Assembly: GCA_964472345.1 (NCBI GenBank) | Contig: CAYYLB010000005.1 | Location: 1 to 38,938, forward strand | Direction: 5' to 3' | Length of the DNA: 38,938 nucleotides | From: an uncultured Methanosarcinales archaeon | GTDB lineage: Archaea > Nanobdellota > Nanobdellia > Woesearchaeales > JAGLXL01 | Shown here: piece after piece, positions 35,711 through 38,938 of the stretch | How positions within the stretch are numbered: the stretch's first letter is position 1 | Layout: each line of letters opens with the position of its first letter | Position numbers and translations under genes: made by a program | The notes under the pieces: model-generated | Told to the model about the DNA's origin: nothing | Database searches by the model: none | Seen by the model: only the letters and a program-made list of their open reading frames with translations

Positions 35711-36741
35711 AACCCGGGAAGGACTGGGTGCATTACCTCAGCCGGCCGTTCGGCATCTTCGGGGCGTCACTGTGGGTGGTGTGGTACGATTCTCCGTCCA
35801 CGAAAGAGCTGTTTGGGGTGACAATGCCCGACTGCCTCTGCATCGAGGAGCACCCCGGTGTTGTGAGGAGATACGCGATCAGGGAGCAGCTTGAGCGGTT
35901 CACCGGTGCGGTCAGGCAGGTCGTTGCCAGGCAGCCGGAACGGTGCAGGAAGATTCTTGAGGCTGGCGTTGAGCTGAACCGGCAGGCGGAGCGGCTGCTG
36001 AAGCAAGATCGCACGATAGAGCTGCAGGCCGCAGTGGATTTTATGGTCCGCCTGACGCTGCACGCGACGATATTCCCCTATTTCGGCTATGAAGCCCTCC
36101 ACGGGCGGAGCACGGATGCCGATGGGCTCCTGAAGCTGGCAGAGGGGCTGCGCGCCGTTTCATTCTATCCGCGCATCATCAGCGACGTTGTCCTGCGCTC
36201 GGCGAAAGCCCGCGCCGGCGATGCGGCTGACGTGCTGCTGCTGTCGGAGGTGCTCGCGGGAGACACGTCAAACGCCGCAGCACGCGGGGGGATGCAACGG
36301 CAGAGTAAGCGGTTCGTCTATCAGCGGCTTGACGGCAAGGAAACGGTTGAATGGGTTGATGATGCGCTTGCATTTATCTGGCAGCTTGAGGGGTTTGATG
36401 CGGCGCAGGAGGTTCGAGGCTCTTGCGCGTGCACGGGAAAAGTCCGGGGCGTTGTGCGGCTTGTCCACATGGCAAATCCCGAAATGCCGTTCAGCAAGGG
36501 GGACATCGTGATCGCGGCAACGCTCAGCCCCACGCTCCTTCCCCTGCTCTCCCGGTGCGGTGCAATCGTGACTGATGAGGGCGGCATGACCTCCCATGCA
36601 GCGATCCTCAGCCGTGAGCTCAACAAGCCGTGCGTGATCGGCACGAAGCATGCGACGCACGTTTTCAGGGACGGCGACCTGGTCGAAGTGGACGCAGAAA
36701 AAGGGGTTGTAAAGAAATTGTTACATCTTAATAGTGGTTAA
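35707..36741 (+). CDS. stand-alone PEP-utiliser mobile domain protein 3
   Basis: TDEGGMTSHAAILSRELNKP and FRDGDLVEVDAEKG motifs; ATG overlaps the sufC stop (ATGA). Confidence 0.88.
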   Translation: MKPGKDWVHYLSRPFGIFGASLWVVWYDSPSTKELFGVTMPDCLCIEEHPGVVRRYAIREQLERFTGAVRQVVARQPERCRKILEAGVELNRQAERLLKQDRTIELQAAVDFMVRLTLHATIFPYFGYEALHGRSTDADGLLKLAEGLRAVSFYPRIISDVVLRSAKARAGDAADVLLLSEVLAGDTSNAAARGGMQRQSKRFVYQRLDGKETVEWVDDALAFIWQLEGFDAAQEVRGSCACTGKVRGVVRLVHMANPEMPFSKGDIVIAATLSPTLLPLLSRCGAIVTDEGGMTSHAAILSRELNKPCVIGTKHATHVFRDGDLVEVDAEKGVVKKLLHLNSG

Positions 36742-36794
36742 AAATAGAAATGTTTATAAAGAGGAGATTCCTCGAATGGTGTGGTGATGCAAGA

Positions 36795-37634
36795 ATGGGG
36801 AAAATTTATGTTGTTTTAGCAAGACACGAGAAGAAGGAAAAGTTAGAACCGAAGCCAACACCTGGCGGAGAGCAAGATCGTACGCTTGTTGGGCTAAGTG
36901 AAGCCGGACACGCAGATGCCTTTGCTTCAGGTCAACGAGAACTTGGCGGTAAATCAATAGATAGGGCGGTGGTTGTCCATTCAGGATTCTTACGAACTGA
37001 ACAAACAGCGGAAAAGTGGTTGCGTGGTGCTGGAGTTATGGATGATCTCTACGGGGATGCGGACAGATACCAAGTTGTAGCTGATAGTGCGATTAGCCTA
37101 GCCGGAACAATCTGGGATCCGGAATGCTTCCCCCCATTTGGTGATAAACAGGAGGTTCTCAATGTGTATGTTGAGCATGCCTTAGCCAACCACTACCTTG
37201 CGCAAGCAGACGATCCTAATAATGCTGCCCGACTTCCGATACTGGCAAGAAAAGCCGTCGCTGTCTTGGAAAACCTCGTTCGCGGCGCAGAACGTCTCTC
37301 AAGAACAATCCAGGGAAGGGAAAATGGACTTGTCATTCAGGTGACGCATGGCCCGATTGTTGACGCAGCGGCTATGGCATTCAATGGGGGGATAAACCTC
37401 GAACAGCTTCCAGACTCCAGCTACGGGGTAGCTCAACTATTGCCATTCGTCGCACATCGCGAAGGCGAGTATGTTGTTGGAGTCATTAATGTCCAAGAGC
37501 GCCAGCCTATAGATGATGCCGTGCTCGCGCTGAACATCAAAGGAACGCAACATGAACGTCCCATGGAAATTGTCAGGCGAGACATTGAAAGACTGAAGTA
37601 TATGGCGTTTGGTGGTGTTCAGCGCCATAGCTAA
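36795..37634 (+). CDS. histidine phosphatase superfamily protein
   Basis: VVLARH, LSEAG...A, S...RTEQTA and VTHG motifs. Own TATA box (36753-36760) and GGTGA SD. Confidence 0.7.
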   Translation: MGKIYVVLARHEKKEKLEPKPTPGGEQDRTLVGLSEAGHADAFASGQRELGGKSIDRAVVVHSGFLRTEQTAEKWLRGAGVMDDLYGDADRYQVVADSAISLAGTIWDPECFPPFGDKQEVLNVYVEHALANHYLAQADDPNNAARLPILARKAVAVLENLVRGAERLSRTIQGRENGLVIQVTHGPIVDAAAMAFNGGINLEQLPDSSYGVAQLLPFVAHREGEYVVGVINVQERQPIDDAVLALNIKGTQHERPMEIVRRDIERLKYMAFGGVQRHS

Positions 37635-37683
37635 TTCACCAGAACCCGCAGGGATTGTTTGGAGTGAAGCAGGTGGTGGGGTC

Positions 37684-38938
37684 GTGATTGATTGGGATGC
37701 GGTGCGGAAGGTTGACTGGGAAGCGGCAGTCAATAGGCCAGAATCTCCACTGTGGCAATCATATTCTGATGAAGGTCACACTCTACATTTCAGCGAAGCG
37801 ACAGGGCTGCCGTGGGACGCAGAGGTTATCGCCTTCGTCCGCGGTGATGTCTGCTTTTCAGGGAAAAAGCTCGAAGAGCTCCGCAACCTGCTTAAGGAAA
37901 GTCACAACAAAAATCGTGAATTCTTCGCAATGTTTGCCGCGCGCTGCCTGGCGTATTGCACGAAACTCAATGAGGTGGCTGCACAACTCGCAAGGAAGGA
38001 GTACGCGAATGCCCCGTTGGAGGACATCAAGAATGACTTTGCCCTCTTCGATGCTGTTGCGCCAAGACTTTTTTCATTCCTGCTTCCTATGCCTATCGCC
38101 GATGGCGTCTTGTCTGAATTGGTGCGAGAGCGTATCGCAGCAGCGCTTCCTGACAAGTGGCAGAATGATGGTGAAGAGGTCCTCAGGGTAGTGACCTATC
38201 CGGTGAAGGAAAACACCCACACTGCCGAGAGGCTTGGAATGCTCTCTCTTGCCAGGAAGATACGAGAGTGGGGCCTTGAAGAGGGCTGGGAGCGCAACAC
38301 CCGGGTACGCGACGAGCTGGAAAACCACCTGAAGCGCTATGGCTGGATCGGGACGCGGCACTGGTGGTTCCACCGGCCATGGACCGTGGGTGACCTTACC
38401 GGGAGGATCCGGACCCTGCTCAAGAAGGATGCAAACGAGCAAATCCGGCACATCAAAAAGTTACGGGTGGAGAACGAAGAGAATGCTGCGCAGCTGATGA
38501 GTGCGCTGCGGAGTGCTGCAGCCTCTGATTTTGAGCGTATCGTCTCAATCGCAAAAGAATTCGCGTGGCTGCGCACCTACCGGACGGATGTGCTCCATTC
38601 TTCCGGATTCAATGCACGGCACCTCTTTTTCCGGATTGCGGAGCTGATGGGACTCAACCATAAGGATGTGACCTACCTTGGCTCATACGAGATCCGCGCA
38701 TTTCTCGAGGAGGGAAGGACGGCGGTCACCCGCATGGTCATTGATGAGCGACGGAATGGTGCCGAAACACTCCGTCTTGGCCAGCCGCTGATTGTGAGCG
38801 GAAAAGAGCGCGAAAGGCTGCTCTCGATTATGGACAAGAAGCTGAAGCAGGAGCTTCCTGCCGTTGTGAGGGGCACTCCAGCGTTCCACGGGAAATCCGT
38901 TGGTCGCGCAAGAATAGTGCAAAACCAGTTCCAGCTCG
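37684..38938 (+). CDS. PEP-utiliser mobile domain protein 4, 3'-truncated by the window edge
   Basis: Missing from the ORF track because it has no stop. Open frame from GTG 37684 (VIDWDAVRKVDWE...) through WLRTYRTD to VRGTPAFHGKSVGRARIV, the start of the mobile domain seen in paralogues 1-3. Confidence 0.75.
   Translation, partial: MIDWDAVRKVDWEAAVNRPESPLWQSYSDEGHTLHFSEATGLPWDAEVIAFVRGDVCFSGKKLEELRNLLKESHNKNREFFAMFAARCLAYCTKLNEVAAQLARKEYANAPLEDIKNDFALFDAVAPRLFSFLLPMPIADGVLSELVRERIAAALPDKWQNDGEEVLRVVTYPVKENTHTAERLGMLSLARKIREWGLEEGWERNTRVRDELENHLKRYGWIGTRHWWFHRPWTVGDLTGRIRTLLKKDANEQIRHIKKLRVENEENAAQLMSALRSAAASDFERIVSIAKEFAWLRTYRTDVLHSSGFNARHLFFRIAELMGLNHKDVTYLGSYEIRAFLEEGRTAVTRMVIDERRNGAETLRLGQPLIVSGKERERLLSIMDKKLKQELPAVVRGTPAFHGKSVGRARIVQNQFQL

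Noticed and set aside
1..38938. CRISPR array, cas genes, rRNA or autonomous transposase/integrase
   Set aside because: No regularly spaced repeats or recognisable motifs for these were seen in the window.

Overview
GC-rich archaeal chromosome segment, most likely DPANN/Woesearchaeota-like. This is inferred from Alba, ribosomal S17e, TATA-box promoters about 22 nt upstream of start codons, a BHB-intron tRNA and many bacterial-type genes. The left part holds a divergent purC/purH/purB cluster, small metal-binding proteins, a DAC-domain gene, an iscA-Ni transporter-sodN-sodX cluster, a tRNA-Arg(CCG) with two introns (37/38 and 59/60), metG, uppS, sua5, alba, rps17e, a Ski2/HelY helicase and other housekeeping genes. 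The right part is a SUF operon (HTH regulator, sufB with two related LAGLIDADG inteins, sufD, sufS, sufU, sufC). Interleaved with or following it are four stand-alone PEP-utiliser 'mobile' (phospho-His swivel) domain genes, an LMW-PTP-like gene and a histidine phosphatase-like gene. This is the best candidate for an undescribed system. Four miniature inverted-repeat elements with target-site duplications, plus two solo ends, all sit close to TATA boxes. All four add a multiple of 3 nt, and two are read in frame into proteins.
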